DNA of 64,000 nt. It comes from an uncultured Eubacteriales bacterium. Its GTDB lineage: Bacteria > Acidobacteriota > Aminicenantia > Aminicenantales > Saccharicenantaceae. The notes below the pieces were generated by a model. It did not search any database. It saw only the letters and a program-made list of their open reading frames with translations, and was not told where the DNA came from. A program made the translations under genes and the position numbers. Positions 38,839-49,722 of this stretch are shown here, in pieces (the stretch's first letter is position 1; the number at the start of each line of letters is the position of its first letter). The stretch lies in contig CAZKFD010000011.1 in NCBI GenBank assembly GCA_964551995.1, positions 109,036-173,035 of the forward strand. The letters are read 5' to 3'.

Positions 38839-40100
38839 CAGGGATCTCCTTGATCGAGATAGGGCAGAAACCCGACGATGGCCGCAGGGTCGGCCATGAC
38901 CTTGAATTCCAGGCAGCGGCTGTTCTCCCTCTTTTTCAGGATCAGGGACAGGCGGGCAAGGGAGTCTGAGACCTCAGGACGGTCGTTGGGGATCTGGAGA
39001 TAGTAGAGCCGGTGGTCCCGGAACAGGATGCTCCTGAGCTTGCCGAGGAGATTGGGCACGCCTTGCCCCGTCTTCGCCGATAGCGCGATCGTTCGGGACC
39101 CGGCATCCTCGTTCCTCCGGAGGATGAGCTCCCGCTCCGCTTCGGGAAGAAGGTCGATCTTGTTGAGGACCTTCAGGACGGGGACCTCGCCCGCGCCGAT
39201 GTCCTTCAGGATCGACTCGACGGCCTCGAGGTGGCTCTGGGAATACGGTGAAGTGACATCGATGACCTGGCAGATGCAGTCTGCTTCCCGGACCTCCTCC
39301 AGCGTGGCCCGGAACGACGTGACAAGCTCCACCGGAAGCTTCTTGATGAAACCGACGGTATCTGAAAGGAAAAATGAGACGCCGTCCGAGTAGGATACCC
39401 GGCGGAGGAGGGGGTCGAGAGTCGCAAAGAGGTTGGCGGACGTGTATCTTCGCTCCTCGGTCAGATGATTGAAGAGGGTGGATTTCCCCGCACTTGTATA
39501 ACCGACGAGGGATACCGTCGGCACCGGGCTCTTGCGGCGGCTCTCGCGTTGGCTCGAGCGCCTTTTCTCGAGGCTCGCGATGTCCCTTTTGATCTTCGTG
39601 ATCCGGTCCCGGATCCGCCGGCGGTCCTCTTCGAGCTTCTTTTCGCCGGGGCCCCGCGTCCCGATGCCGGCGCCCTGCTGCGTCAGCCCGGGGCCGCGTC
39701 CCCGAAGGCGCGGAAGGAGGTAATCGAGCTGGGCCAGCTCGACCTGGAGCTTCCCTTCGTTCGTCCGGGCCCTCTGGGCGAAGATGTCCAGAATGATCTG
39801 CGTGCGGTCGATGACCTTGACCCGGATACGGTCCTCGAGGTTCCTCTGCTGTGTGGGGGAGAGGTTGTGATCGAAGATGACCAGGTCCGCCTCGAGCTGG
39901 CCGCGGGCGCCGGCGATTTCCGCCGCCTTCCCTTCGCCGACGAAATATCTCGGGTTGATCCGGGGCCGGACCTGGAAGATCATCTGGGCGACCTCCGCTC
40001 CCGCCGCCTTCGCCAGGCCGGCCAGTTCCTGCATGGACTCCTCGGCCTCGTCCTTCTCCTGACGGGTCGTGGCCACGTTGATGAGGAGGGCTCTTTCCAT
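38835..40100 (-). CDS. hflX: GTPase HflX
   Basis: The HflX N-domain, then G-domain GYTSAGKSTLFN, DTVGFI and NKID. Confidence 0.9.
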   Translation of the reverse strand: MERALLINVATTRQEKDEAEESMQELAGLAKAAGAEVAQMIFQVRPRINPRYFVGEGKAAEIAGARGQLEADLVIFDHNLSPTQQRNLEDRIRVKVIDRTQIILDIFAQRARTNEGKLQVELAQLDYLLPRLRGRGPGLTQQGAGIGTRGPGEKKLEEDRRRIRDRITKIKRDIASLEKRRSSQRESRRKSPVPTVSLVGYTSAGKSTLFNHLTEERRYTSANLFATLDPLLRRVSYSDGVSFFLSDTVGFIKKLPVELVTSFRATLEEVREADCICQVIDVTSPYSQSHLEAVESILKDIGAGEVPVLKVLNKIDLLPEAERELILRRNEDAGSRTIALSAKTGQGVPNLLGKLRSILFRDHRLYYLQIPNDRPEVSDSLARLSLILKKRENSRCLEFKVMADPAAIVGFLPYLDQGDPW

Positions 40101-40105
40101 CGCTC

Positions 40106-41029
40106 CTATTGTAAATGGTTTTGGAGATAACTCTCAAGACCCGATAGGTCGTCAGGGGAAAACCAGGCCACCCCCGGCATCTTCCGGAACCAGGTGGTCT
40201 GCCTCTTGGCGTAGCGGCGGGTGTCCCGTTTGGTACGGGCCCGTGCTTCGTCCTCGGAGATCTCTCCGCGGATAAGGCTGAGCACGTGCCGGTAGCCCAG
40301 GGCTCGGAAAGGCGGCGAGTCCTCGGCCACGCCCTTCGCGATCAGGCCCCGGACTTCCTCCGCAAGGCCGCGCTCGAACATCCGGTCGACGCGCTCTTCG
40401 ATCCGGCTGTACAGGGCCTCGCGCTCGAGTGCGAGGCCGATCTTAACGATGTTGGATCCCGCGGCCGGCGGGACCGTCTGTCGGAAATGCTCGGACAGAG
40501 GCCGGCCGGTGGTCCGGTACACTTCGAGGGCTCGGATGATCCGGATGCGGTCGCGGCTCCGGATGGCACGGGCGTAGGACGGATCGACTTCCTGAAGCTT
40601 GCGGAAAAGCGCCTCGAGGCCCTTTTGCCGGGCCTCCGCCTCGAGCGCCGCCCGGAGAGCGGGGTTCCGGCCCGGCCCCGGGAAAAGGCCCTCGACGAGG
40701 GCCTTGAGATAGAGCCCCGTCCCGCCGACGACGATCGGCAGGCGCCCGCGCCCGGCGATCTCCCGGGCGGCTTCGAGGGCCTCGCGGATGAAATCCGCCG
40801 CCGTGAACTGAAAGCCGGGATCCACCGCGTCAATCAGATGGTGGGGGACGCCCCGCCGCATCGCGGCCGTGGGCTTGTCCGTTCCGATATCGAACCCCCG
40901 GTAGACCTGGATAGAATCGCCGTTGATGATCTCCCCCCCGAACCTCAGGGCTAGGGTCACCGCGGCGCGGCTCTTGCCCACGCCCGTCGGGCCGAGGACG
41001 ATGACGATGTTCCGGATCTCAGGTTGCAA
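40106..41029 (-). CDS. miaA: tRNA dimethylallyltransferase
   Basis: P-loop IVIVLGPTGVGKSRAAV, INGDSIQVYRGFDIGTDKP and HHLID. Confidence 0.9.
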   Translation of the reverse strand: MQPEIRNIVIVLGPTGVGKSRAAVTLALRFGGEIINGDSIQVYRGFDIGTDKPTAAMRRGVPHHLIDAVDPGFQFTAADFIREALEAAREIAGRGRLPIVVGGTGLYLKALVEGLFPGPGRNPALRAALEAEARQKGLEALFRKLQEVDPSYARAIRSRDRIRIIRALEVYRTTGRPLSEHFRQTVPPAAGSNIVKIGLALEREALYSRIEERVDRMFERGLAEEVRGLIAKGVAEDSPPFRALGYRHVLSLIRGEISEDEARARTKRDTRRYAKRQTTWFRKMPGVAWFSPDDLSGLESYLQNHLQ

Positions 41030-41095
41030 TTTTAATCAGAAGCCAGAGGCCGATGAGGCTGACGAGAATGAGCATGGCCAGCAGCTGTTTTCTCT

Positions 41096-42208
41096 TCAAG
41101 GGAGCTCTCCGATCCTCTCCAGGCTCTTGACGAGGGCCGACTCGTGGCCGGAACCGAGGGTCCGCTTAACGGCCAGGACCTCGGCCACGAGGATCTCGTC
41201 CATGCTCTTGAGGACGCTCCGCCGGGTCTCGTCGCCGATGAAGTTCATGCTTGTCTTGAGGAAGGACTTGAGCTCGATGTGGCCGTCCTCGGCGAGCTCA
41301 AAGCCCTGAAAGGTCGGGTCCAGGCGTCCCCGGATGTCTTCGAGGGAGTTCCGCACCAGGCTCAGGGCCACCGGCCCGATCTCTTTCGAGATGTACTTGA
41401 AGATCGCGGAGCACTTGGCGTTGAAGATTCCGAAGAGCTTGTCCATGTCGGCCAGGGACATCTCGGCCTGAATCCGGCCCGTCTTGGGTTTAAGAGGGCG
41501 CGGACCGGCCAGCCCCAGACAAAGAAAGACGAACAGGACCCTCTGAGTTTCCCGTTTGCCGAGGTCGCTCGCCTCGTAGATCTCGGCCAGCGTCTTCGCT
41601 GTGCCGAGGACTTCCAAGAGGTATCGTTCGTGGGGCGTCAGCTCCAAGAGTTCGGGGCGGTGAGGGGAGAAGCTCTGGATGGCGTCGATGTCGGCGGGGA
41701 GCTGCTTGGCGATGATGTCGAAATTGCCCATCCTCCGCACCCCGTCCAGCACGATCCCGGCCAGGGGGATCTCCCTGATATAGAGCGGTCCCGGAGGCCC
41801 GTCGCTCGGCTCGAACGCGAAATCTCCCTCGGCCCGGTCGAACAAAGAGCAGGCCTCCTCCCTCATGAACGCTTCGAGAAGCTCCCAGACGCGCCGGGGC
41901 TCGAACAGAGGGATTTCGAGGAGAGAGCGGACAGCGGAAACCCCCTTCTCCTGGGCGTATTCCTCCGCGTGGGCCAGGCTGATCAGATCCGCCTCGCCCG
42001 AGGTGAGGAGGAAGCGGAGAAATTCCTTTTCCGGAAACCCGTCCCGCCCGACGGCCAAGGCCCCCCGCTCGAAGAGAAACGTTTTCGCGCCGGTGGCCGC
42101 CCGGACCGTGAGCCTGCCCGAAAGCTGCTTCCGCCAGATCTCGGAGAGGACCCTGGGGAACGGGATCTGCGACAGATCTCCCCGCCGGAGGGGTTCATTC
42201 ATAGGCAT
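41096..42208 (-). CDS. DUF4388-domain protein
   Basis: N-terminal GDLSQIPFPRVLSEIWRKQLSGRLTV matches the DUF4388 opening. The rest is helical with no recognised domain. Confidence 0.55.
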   Translation of the reverse strand: MPMNEPLRRGDLSQIPFPRVLSEIWRKQLSGRLTVRAATGAKTFLFERGALAVGRDGFPEKEFLRFLLTSGEADLISLAHAEEYAQEKGVSAVRSLLEIPLFEPRRVWELLEAFMREEACSLFDRAEGDFAFEPSDGPPGPLYIREIPLAGIVLDGVRRMGNFDIIAKQLPADIDAIQSFSPHRPELLELTPHERYLLEVLGTAKTLAEIYEASDLGKRETQRVLFVFLCLGLAGPRPLKPKTGRIQAEMSLADMDKLFGIFNAKCSAIFKYISKEIGPVALSLVRNSLEDIRGRLDPTFQGFELAEDGHIELKSFLKTSMNFIGDETRRSVLKSMDEILVAEVLAVKRTLGSGHESALVKSLERIGELP

Positions 42209-42247
42209 AATTTATAAGGCGCGGAGAGAGAAGTCAATGCGGCCGGA

Positions 42248-42955
42248 TCACCGGATGAAGCTCATCCCGACGAGGGAGATAGCGATATTGGCCAGGGCCT
42301 TAAGGACCCAGACGGAGTACGAGATGAAGAGAGACTTTTTGAGGTCGACTTTGAAGGCCGCCGAGAGGCCGAAGGCCAGGATCCCGAACATCCAGAGCTG
42401 GAAAACGTCCACCTGGCTCAAGATGATAGAGGCCGTCGACATGACCTCCATCCGGGGGAAAAGGACCGTCAGGCTGGTCGATGTCTGTAGCGTGGATTTC
42501 CGGACAAAAATGAGCCCCAGCCGGAGCGCGTTGCCCAGCAGGACGTTGATCAGGCTGGCGTGGACGAGGGCCGAAAAAACCTGCTTGAACGTTCCCTGCG
42601 AGGTGACGAACCGGCCCATCATCAGAAGGATGAGCGCCTGGAGCAAAGCGGCGACGACGAACCAGAGGGGAGTGAAGACCGCCGTTTGGACGATCTGCGC
42701 GGTCGTCACAGGCCCCTCCAGGCTTCGCAGCTGTTGGTTGTAGCGCTCCTCTCCCACGCGCTCCTTGAGCTTGACGCTCTCTTTCATCATCTGGAGCTGG
42801 TCGTGCCGGGTGTAGGGGGACACGACGAGCGTATAGGTGACGAGAATCACGAGGACGACGATCAGCATGCCGGGCCAGGTCGGCTTATCGGCCAGGCCCT
42901 CGAATGTCTTTCGCGGATTGAAGAAGACTCCGGACAAACGCTCGAAGAAGTCCAT
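42248..42955 (-). CDS. Yip1-domain membrane protein (second paralogue in window)
   Basis: 235 aa. A soluble N-terminus MDFFERLSGVFFNPRKTFEGL, then five TM helices. 3-nt spacing to the ABC ATPase gene. Confidence 0.6.
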   Translation of the reverse strand: MDFFERLSGVFFNPRKTFEGLADKPTWPGMLIVVLVILVTYTLVVSPYTRHDQLQMMKESVKLKERVGEERYNQQLRSLEGPVTTAQIVQTAVFTPLWFVVAALLQALILLMMGRFVTSQGTFKQVFSALVHASLINVLLGNALRLGLIFVRKSTLQTSTSLTVLFPRMEVMSTASIILSQVDVFQLWMFGILAFGLSAAFKVDLKKSLFISYSVWVLKALANIAISLVGMSFIR

Positions 42956-42957
42956 GG

Positions 42958-43659
42958 CTAATCTCCTTTGCGCTCGTCGCGTTCGATCTGGCCGTCCCGG
43001 ATGTGGATGATCCGCCGGGCCTGGTTGGCGACCTCCTGGTCATGCGTGACCATGATGATCGTGTTTCCCCGGCCGTGGATCTTGTGGAACAGGCTAAGGA
43101 TCTCGCGTCCCGTGTGGCTGTCCAGGTTGCCTGTGGGCTCGTCGGCCAGCAGGAGTGACGGCTCGTTGACGAGGGCCCGGGCGATGGCCACGCGCTGCCG
43201 TTCCCCGCCTGAAAGCTCGGCCGGCTTATGTGTCATCCGGAGCTTCATCTCGACCATCTCCAGGGCCCTGCGGGCCTTGTCCTCACGGATGTTCCTCTTG
43301 ACGCCGCTGTAGATCAGCGGCAGCTCGACGTTCCGGAAGGCCGAGGCCCGCGGCAGCAGGTTGAAGACCTGAAAGACGAAGCCGATCTCGCGATTCCGGA
43401 CATGGGCGAGCTCGTCCTCGGTCATGGCGCTGACGAGCTTCCCGTTGAGCTTGTAGGTCCCCTCGGTGGGTGTGTCCAGGCATCCGAGGAGGTTCATCAG
43501 CGTGGACTTTCCGGAGCCCGAGGGGCCCATGATGGCCACGAATTCGTTCCTGGCGATGGTGAACGTGACGCCGCGAAGGGCTTCGACGTCCTGCCCCCCC
43601 AGCCGGTAGATCTTCCAGAGATCCTCGACCAGGATGAGGCTGGCATCCGGCTGGCTCAT
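42958..43659 (-). CDS. ABC transporter ATP-binding protein, MacB/LolD-type
   Basis: Walker [11 protein letters not shown], signature [15 protein letters not shown], Walker [13 protein letters not shown]. The N-terminus [23 protein letters not shown] is typical of LolD/MacB ATPases. Confidence 0.85.
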   Translation of the reverse strand: MSQPDASLILVEDLWKIYRLGGQDVEALRGVTFTIARNEFVAIMGPSGSGKSTLMNLLGCLDTPTEGTYKLNGKLVSAMTEDELAHVRNREIGFVFQVFNLLPRASAFRNVELPLIYSGVKRNIREDKARRALEMVEMKLRMTHKPAELSGGERQRVAIARALVNEPSLLLADEPTGNLDSHTGREILSLFHKIHGRGNTIIMVTHDQEVANQARRIIHIRDGQIERDERKGD

Positions 43660-44903
43660 GCGGCGGGCGTTTCCTTCTTCAGATCCGTCTTGATCAGCAT
43701 GCCGTCCTTGAGCTCGCGGAGGGACGCGTAGGGGCCGGTGACGATCTCCTGGTTTTCCTTGAGGCCCGAAACGATCTCGATATTCATGCCTCCGGCGATC
43801 CCCTTGTCGATCGGCTGGAACTTGACGCGGCCGCCCTCGACGATATAAACGCCTTCCTCCTCCTTCGCGACGCCGGGCCTGTCTCCGCTCGCGCCGGGCT
43901 TGTCTCTCAGGACGAGAGCAGAAATAGGCACGGCCAGGACATTTTTCTTCTCGGCGGTGATGATGTCGGCGGAAGCGGAGAGCCCCGGCTTGAGCTTCTG
44001 GGGGGGGGTCTCCAGCGTGACGTCGACCTTGAAGTCCTTGGATTCCTCCGTCGATGTCCCGCCGGTCACCTTCTGGATCGCGGAGCTCCCGATCTCGGTC
44101 ACTTTCCCTTTGAAGGTCGTGTCGGGATACGCGTCGACCCGGACGTTGGATTCCTGGCCGAGGCGGACGCCGACGACGTCCGTTTCGTCGACCTGGACCT
44201 CGACTTCCATGACCGAGAGGTCGGCGATCGTCATGAGGACCGTGCCGGGGTTGTTCATGGTCCCGACGATGGCGGTCTCGCCCTCCTCGACCCGGAGGCT
44301 GGTGATGATCCCGTCGCGCGGCGCGACAAAGACCGTTTTGTTGAGGTTATCGAGCGTGCTCTTGAGGCTGGCCTCGGCCTGCTTGATCTGGAACTGGATG
44401 CCGTTGACCTGGGCGTCCGAGACGTCGTACTGGGCCTTGAAGCTTTCGAGCTGGTCCCGGGAGATGAGCTGCTCGGCAAACAGCTTCTTCTGTCTTTCGT
44501 ACGAGTCCTTGTCTCTTTGGAGCCGGGCTTGGGCCTCGATCAGGTCCGCCTTGGAGGACTGGATGAAGAACCGGTCACGGTCGGCGTTGGCCTCGTACTG
44601 GGTGGAATCCAGCTTGAGCAGGAAATCGCCCGCCTTGACCTCCTGGCCCTCGATGACGCCGATCTTGATGATCCGCCCGGGGACCTGGGCGCTGATGTTG
44701 ATGCTCTTTTTGGGCTTGACCTCTCCCGACGCCGAGACGATCGATGTCAGATCCTGCCTTTTGACCTTCTCGATGGTCACCTTGACCGTCTTCTCGCGCT
44801 GGGTGCGGAGGTTGAGCATGACGACGGCCAGAATGACCAGGACCACGGCCATGAAGATCAGCGTCCGTTTTCTGCGCCGGAAAAAACTCTTCTTTTCCCT
44901 CAT
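43656..44903 (-). CDS. HlyD-family membrane fusion protein (MacA-like periplasmic adaptor)
   Basis: N-terminal TM, a long coiled-coil ([28 protein letters not shown]), then beta-barrel and lipoyl-like segments. 4-nt overlap with the ABC ATPase gene. Confidence 0.75.
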   Translation of the reverse strand: MREKKSFFRRRKRTLIFMAVVLVILAVVMLNLRTQREKTVKVTIEKVKRQDLTSIVSASGEVKPKKSINISAQVPGRIIKIGVIEGQEVKAGDFLLKLDSTQYEANADRDRFFIQSSKADLIEAQARLQRDKDSYERQKKLFAEQLISRDQLESFKAQYDVSDAQVNGIQFQIKQAEASLKSTLDNLNKTVFVAPRDGIITSLRVEEGETAIVGTMNNPGTVLMTIADLSVMEVEVQVDETDVVGVRLGQESNVRVDAYPDTTFKGKVTEIGSSAIQKVTGGTSTEESKDFKVDVTLETPPQKLKPGLSASADIITAEKKNVLAVPISALVLRDKPGASGDRPGVAKEEEGVYIVEGGRVKFQPIDKGIAGGMNIEIVSGLKENQEIVTGPYASLRELKDGMLIKTDLKKETPAA

Positions 44904-45053
44904 AGTCCTGCGGCCTTCCAAAAATCAGTTATAACCCTATCCGTATATTATAGTACGGACACAAAGGGAAAAGGTTTGAAAAATGGCCGGCCTCTCAGGG
45001 GGCGGCGGGCCCTCTTTCCTTGGGAGGGCGGAGTTGATAAGATAGGGGAGGCC

Positions 45054-45869
45054 ATGGGCGCACGGAACGGGTTTCTCGAGGTCGGCGGGGCCGCCGTCCG
45101 CGAGGCCGGACGCTACCTCCGGAAAAATCTCCACCGCCGGGCGGCCGCCCTTCACAAGGGAGCAGTCGACCTCGTCACCGAGTTCGACATGGGCTCCCAG
45201 GATATCCTCGTCGGCCGCCTGTCCGAGGCCTTCCCGGATCACGCCTTTCTGGCGGAGGAGAACCTGGCCCGGCCGGGGCGCTGCGGATACCGGTGGATCA
45301 TCGATCCTCTCGACGGGACGACCAACTACGCCCACACGTTCCCCGTTTTCAGCGTCTCGGCGGCCCTGGAGCTCGAGGGCCGGGTTATCCTGGGCCTGGT
45401 CTATGATCCGCTGCGCGAGGAATTGTTCTCGGCCGAGGAAGGCACGGGCGCTTTCCTCAACTCCCGCAGGATCCGAGTTTCGGACGTCTCCGACATCGGA
45501 TGCAGCCTCTTGGCCACGGGTTTCCCGTACGACATCCGGACAAGCCCCGTCAACAACATCGGGCACTGGAACCGCTTCCTGCTCCGGGCTCAGGCGGTCC
45601 GCCGGTGCGGGTCCGCGGCCATGGATCTCTGCTATGTCGCCTGCGGGAGGTTCGACGGATTCTGGGAGCTGAAGCTCAAGCCCTGGGACGTGGCCGCGGG
45701 CGTTCTGATCGTGGCCGAAGCCGGCGGCCGGGTCTCGGACTTCAAAGGCCGGGCTCTAGCCATGGAGTTCCCGGAGACGCTGGCCAGCAACGGACAAATC
45801 CATCAGGCCATGATTGACGTGATCGCTCTGGAAGCGGCGCCCGGGGGAGAGGACGACAACCATGATTAA
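45054..45869 (+). CDS. suhB: Inositol monophosphatase family protein
   Basis: FLAEENL, WIIDPLDGTTNYAH and CGSAAMDLCYVACGRFD. Confidence 0.85.
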   Translation: MGARNGFLEVGGAAVREAGRYLRKNLHRRAAALHKGAVDLVTEFDMGSQDILVGRLSEAFPDHAFLAEENLARPGRCGYRWIIDPLDGTTNYAHTFPVFSVSAALELEGRVILGLVYDPLREELFSAEEGTGAFLNSRRIRVSDVSDIGCSLLATGFPYDIRTSPVNNIGHWNRFLLRAQAVRRCGSAAMDLCYVACGRFDGFWELKLKPWDVAAGVLIVAEAGGRVSDFKGRALAMEFPETLASNGQIHQAMIDVIALEAAPGGEDDNHD

Positions 45870-46365
45870 GAAGGCCGGGGTTCTGATCATCGGGTTCTTG
45901 GTCGCGGCGGCCGCGGCCCTCGCCGGGGCGGGCCGCCAAGAAGGCGCACTGGTGCTGGTCAAAAAGGTCACGGTTCCGGGGAATCCGGGCTGGGCGGACA
46001 CCGGGCTGGACGTCTTCGCGGGCGAGGAATTCCACATCGTGGGGAGCGGCCGGATCAGTCTCCAGAGGGGGAACCCGTCGGCCAGCTGCGGCCCGGAAGG
46101 GCTCGACCTCATGACCGTCCAGCAGCCGATCCGGGACCGGAACATCGGCGCTCTGATCGGCAAGGTCTCCCAGCTCGTATCCGTGCGCAAGGACGAGGAT
46201 ACCGGCGAGGAGATCCGCGATGAGGTCGTCGAATATTTCTTCGTCGGGTCCGAGAACGATGTGACGATGCCCATCAAGGGGCGTCTGTACCTGGGGGTCA
46301 ACGAGGACATCCTCAAGGATAACGAAGGGGAGTTCTCCGTCGTCATCTACCAGCGGAAGAAGTGA
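45862..46365 (+). CDS. Hypothetical secreted beta-rich protein
   Basis: Signal peptide MIKKAGVLIIGFLVAAAAALAGA. 8-nt overlap with the suhB end. No recognised domain. Confidence 0.5.
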   Translation: MIKKAGVLIIGFLVAAAAALAGAGRQEGALVLVKKVTVPGNPGWADTGLDVFAGEEFHIVGSGRISLQRGNPSASCGPEGLDLMTVQQPIRDRNIGALIGKVSQLVSVRKDEDTGEEIRDEVVEYFFVGSENDVTMPIKGRLYLGVNEDILKDNEGEFSVVIYQRKK

Positions 46366-46373
46366 CGGCGCGG

Positions 46374-47732
46374 TCAGGCCGCTTCCTCTTCGGCCCTGCT
46401 GGCCAGAAAGCCCTCCATGAACTGGGTGTCGTACTTTCCGTTGATGAAGCCCGTGTCGGAGAGGATGGCGATGAGGAGAGGCAGGTTCGTCCTGATCCCC
46501 ACGACGGTCGTCGTTTCCAAAGCGACCCTGATTTTTTCGATGGCCAGCTCCCGGCTCGGGGCGAAGGCGATGACCTTGGCCACCAGGGAGTCATAGTCGG
46601 GGGGGATCAGCCAGCCGCAGTAGGCCGCCGAATCCACGCGGATGCCTTCCCCGCCGGGGAGGACGAGAAAATCGATCTTTCCCGGCGACGGCACGAAGGT
46701 CTCCGGGTCTTCGGCGTTGATGCGGCACTCGATGCTGTGCCCCCGGAGCGAGAGGTCGTAGGGAAAGCCGAGCTTCTCCCCGGACGCGATCCGGATCTGG
46801 GCCTTGATCAGGTTGATGCCGTAGACCGCCTCGGTGATCGGGTGCTCGACCTGGACCCGGGCGTTGGCCTCCATGAAGTAGAACCGCTGCTTCTCGTCCA
46901 CCAGGAACTCGAAAGTGCCCAGGCTCTGGTAGCCGATCTCGGCGGCCGCGTCCTCGACCTCCTTGATCATCCGCCGTCGGGTCCTTTCGTCGATCGCGGG
47001 CGACGGCGTTTCTTCGATGAGCTTCTGGTATTTGCGCTGGACGGAGCATTCCCTTTCCCCGAAGGCGATGACTTTTCCCTTCTTGTCGCCGATGACCTGG
47101 ATCTCGATATGCCGCGCCCCGGAGATGTATTTCTCGATGTACAGCGACGGATCCCCGAAGGCGGCCTTGGCCTCGCCCTGGGCGATCGGGAACTGCTCCT
47201 CGAGATGGGCCGAGGACCGGCAGATCCTCATTCCTTTTCCTCCCCCGCCGGCCGAAGCCTTGATGATTACCGGAAAACCGATCTTGAGGGCGGCCTTTTT
47301 GGCTTCGCTCACATCTTCGACGACCTTGTCGCTGCCCGGCAGGATGGGCAATCCCGCCTTCTTCATCGCCTGGCGGGCTTGATCCTTGTCTCCCATGAGG
47401 CGGATGATGGAAGGGGGAGGGCCGACGAAGGTCAGCCCGTGGGTTTCGCAGATCTCGGCGAATTTGGCGTTTTCGGCCAGGAACCCGTAGCCGGGGTGGA
47501 TGGCGTCGGCTCCCGTGATGTCCGCCGCGCTCAGGATATTGGCGATGTTCAGGTAGCTTTCGGAGGCCTTGGCTGGACCGATGCAGACCTTCTCGTCGGC
47601 GAGCATGGTGTGCAGGGACCGGCGGTCGGTCTCGGAAAAGACCGCCACCGTCTTGAGACCCAGTTCGCGGGCGGAGCGGATGATGCGCAGGGCGATCTCG
47701 CCGCGGTTGGCGACCAGAATCTTGGAAATCAT
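46374..47732 (-). CDS. accC: Acetyl-CoA carboxylase biotin carboxylase subunit
   Basis: [19 protein letters not shown], the ATP-grasp GGGGKGMRI and EMNTR-like motifs. Confidence 0.95.
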   Translation of the reverse strand: MISKILVANRGEIALRIIRSARELGLKTVAVFSETDRRSLHTMLADEKVCIGPAKASESYLNIANILSAADITGADAIHPGYGFLAENAKFAEICETHGLTFVGPPPSIIRLMGDKDQARQAMKKAGLPILPGSDKVVEDVSEAKKAALKIGFPVIIKASAGGGGKGMRICRSSAHLEEQFPIAQGEAKAAFGDPSLYIEKYISGARHIEIQVIGDKKGKVIAFGERECSVQRKYQKLIEETPSPAIDERTRRRMIKEVEDAAAEIGYQSLGTFEFLVDEKQRFYFMEANARVQVEHPITEAVYGINLIKAQIRIASGEKLGFPYDLSLRGHSIECRINAEDPETFVPSPGKIDFLVLPGGEGIRVDSAAYCGWLIPPDYDSLVAKVIAFAPSRELAIEKIRVALETTTVVGIRTNLPLLIAILSDTGFINGKYDTQFMEGFLASRAEEEAA

Positions 47733-48259
47733 GCGGCCTGGCTCGCAGGTTTGATGGCGAACAGCTTCTGGCCGAATTCGACGGGTTTGCCGTTTTCGGC
47801 GAAGATCTCCGTGACCGTCCCGTCCAGATCGGACTCGATCTCGTTCATCAGCTTCATGGCCTCGACGATGCAGAGGGTCTGGCCTTTCTTCACGGGGTCC
47901 CCGATGTCGACGAAGGGGGCGGCCGTCGGGTCCGGAGACCGGTAGAAGGTCCCGACCATGGGTGAGGTCATGACATGCATTGTGGCATCAGGTTCCGGGG
48001 CCGGGACCGGGGCCGGCGACGCCGCCTCTGCCAGGGTCGCCGCGCCGTTTCCGGCCGACTGTATGACCAGCGGGGGCGGGCTCGCCGGCACCGGGCCGGC
48101 CCGGCCGATCTTGATCTTGTAGCCATCGACTTCAAACTCGAAGAGCGACAGGTTTTTCTCCTCGAGAAGGGCGATCACCCTCCGGATTTCGTCGAAATCG
48201 ATCTTCCCCCCGGGGCCGGCCGTGACCAGCGCGTCGGAAGGCTTGTTTTTGTCGTTCAT
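47729..48259 (-). CDS. accB: Acetyl-CoA carboxylase biotin carboxyl carrier protein
   Basis: An Ala/Pro-rich linker and the biotinyl motif [13 protein letters not shown]. 4-nt overlap with accC. Confidence 0.85.
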   Translation of the reverse strand: MNDKNKPSDALVTAGPGGKIDFDEIRRVIALLEEKNLSLFEFEVDGYKIKIGRAGPVPASPPPLVIQSAGNGAATLAEAASPAPVPAPEPDATMHVMTSPMVGTFYRSPDPTAAPFVDIGDPVKKGQTLCIVEAMKLMNEIESDLDGTVTEIFAENGKPVEFGQKLFAIKPASQAA

Positions 48260-48393
48260 GGGCCTCTTCCCTTTTCCTCAGGGTAGCTTTACCTTAACGG
48301 CAGCAGGGCCAAAAGTCAAGTTCGCGCCGTTTGACTCCCCCCGCGGCTTGGCCTAAGATGGCAGGCGCGTACGCCCCGGGAGGATGACTCAGG

Positions 48394-49716
48394 ATGTTCG
48401 ACCAGCTCGCCGGCCGCCTCGAGAGGATGATGAAGTACCTCAGGGGCGAGGGCAAGATCACTGAGAAAAACTTGGGCGAGGCGCTCAAGATGATGCGCTT
48501 GGCCCTTCTCGAAGCCGACGTCAGCTACAAGGTCGTCCGGGAACTCGAGGCCCGAGTCCGGGAGAAAGCCTTGGGAGAGGAGGTCCTCCGGAGCCTGACC
48601 CCGGCGCAGCAGGTCATCAAGATCGTACGCGACGAACTCGCGGGGACTCTGGGCGGCCGACAGCAGCCCCTGCGGTTTTCGAGCGCCCCCCCCTCCGTCT
48701 TCATGCTCGTGGGTCTGCAGGGCAGCGGCAAGACGACGACCTGCGGCAAGCTCGCCCGCTGGACGAAGGGCGTCGGAAAGAACCCCCTTCTCGTATCCTT
48801 CGACTTGAAGCGGCTGGCGGCCCAGGAGCAGCTCGAAACGATCGCGGACTCCCTGGGCCTGCCGTTTTACCCGATGGACGCAGGCCGGATGGCGGCTCCG
48901 GAGCGAGCCCTCAAGGAACTGGTCCTCTACGCGAAGAGCAGGGCCTTCGATCCCCTGATCGTGGACACCGCGGGGCGGCTCCACGTGGACGACGAGCTCA
49001 TGGACGAGCTCCGGATGGTCCGGGACGTCTTGAAGCCCGCCGAGGTTATCTATGTCGGGGACGCCATGACCGGGCAGGACGCCGTCCGCAGCGCCCAGGC
49101 GTTCGAGGAAAAGATCGGCCTGACATCGGTCATCCTGACCAAGCTGGACGGCGACGCCAGGGGCGGGGCGGCCCTGTCGATCGTCTCCGTGACGGGCCGG
49201 CCCATCAAGTTCGTCGGCGTCGGCGAAAAGCCGGACAAGCTCGAGGTCTTCCACCCTGACCGCATGGCCTCCCGCATCCTCGGCATGGGAGATGTCCTGA
49301 CGCTCATCGAGAAAGCCGAGGAACAGGCGGACCTCGAAGAAGCAGAGGATCTGGCCCGCAGGATGCGGAAGCAGGAGTTCACGCTCGAGGATTTCAAAAA
49401 GCAGCTCGCTCAGTTGAAAAAGATGGGCTCGCTGTCGGGGATGCTGGGCCATCTCCCCCAGGTGGGCCCTTTCAAGGCCATCGCCGGCGCCGAGCTCGAC
49501 GAGCGGAAGATCGTGCACTTCGAAGCTATCATCAGCTCCATGACGGCCCGCGAGCGCGAGAGCCCCAAGCTGCTGAACGGCAGCCGGCGGCTGAGGATCG
49601 CCCGGGGCAGCGGCCGGCCCGTTCATGAGGTCAACCAGCTCGTCAAGCAGTTCCAGGACATGCAGAGGATGATGAAGCAACCCCGGTTCCAGAAGGTGCT
49701 CTCGCGGATGAAGTAG
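48394..49716 (+). CDS. ffh: Signal recognition particle protein Ffh
   Basis: N-domain, G-domain GLQGSGKTTTCGKLA, DTAGR and TKLDGDARGG, then a Met-rich M-domain. Confidence 0.95.
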   Translation: MFDQLAGRLERMMKYLRGEGKITEKNLGEALKMMRLALLEADVSYKVVRELEARVREKALGEEVLRSLTPAQQVIKIVRDELAGTLGGRQQPLRFSSAPPSVFMLVGLQGSGKTTTCGKLARWTKGVGKNPLLVSFDLKRLAAQEQLETIADSLGLPFYPMDAGRMAAPERALKELVLYAKSRAFDPLIVDTAGRLHVDDELMDELRMVRDVLKPAEVIYVGDAMTGQDAVRSAQAFEEKIGLTSVILTKLDGDARGGAALSIVSVTGRPIKFVGVGEKPDKLEVFHPDRMASRILGMGDVLTLIEKAEEQADLEEAEDLARRMRKQEFTLEDFKKQLAQLKKMGSLSGMLGHLPQVGPFKAIAGAELDERKIVHFEAIISSMTARERESPKLLNGSRRLRIARGSGRPVHEVNQLVKQFQDMQRMMKQPRFQKVLSRMK

Positions 49717-49722
49717 TCCCGC

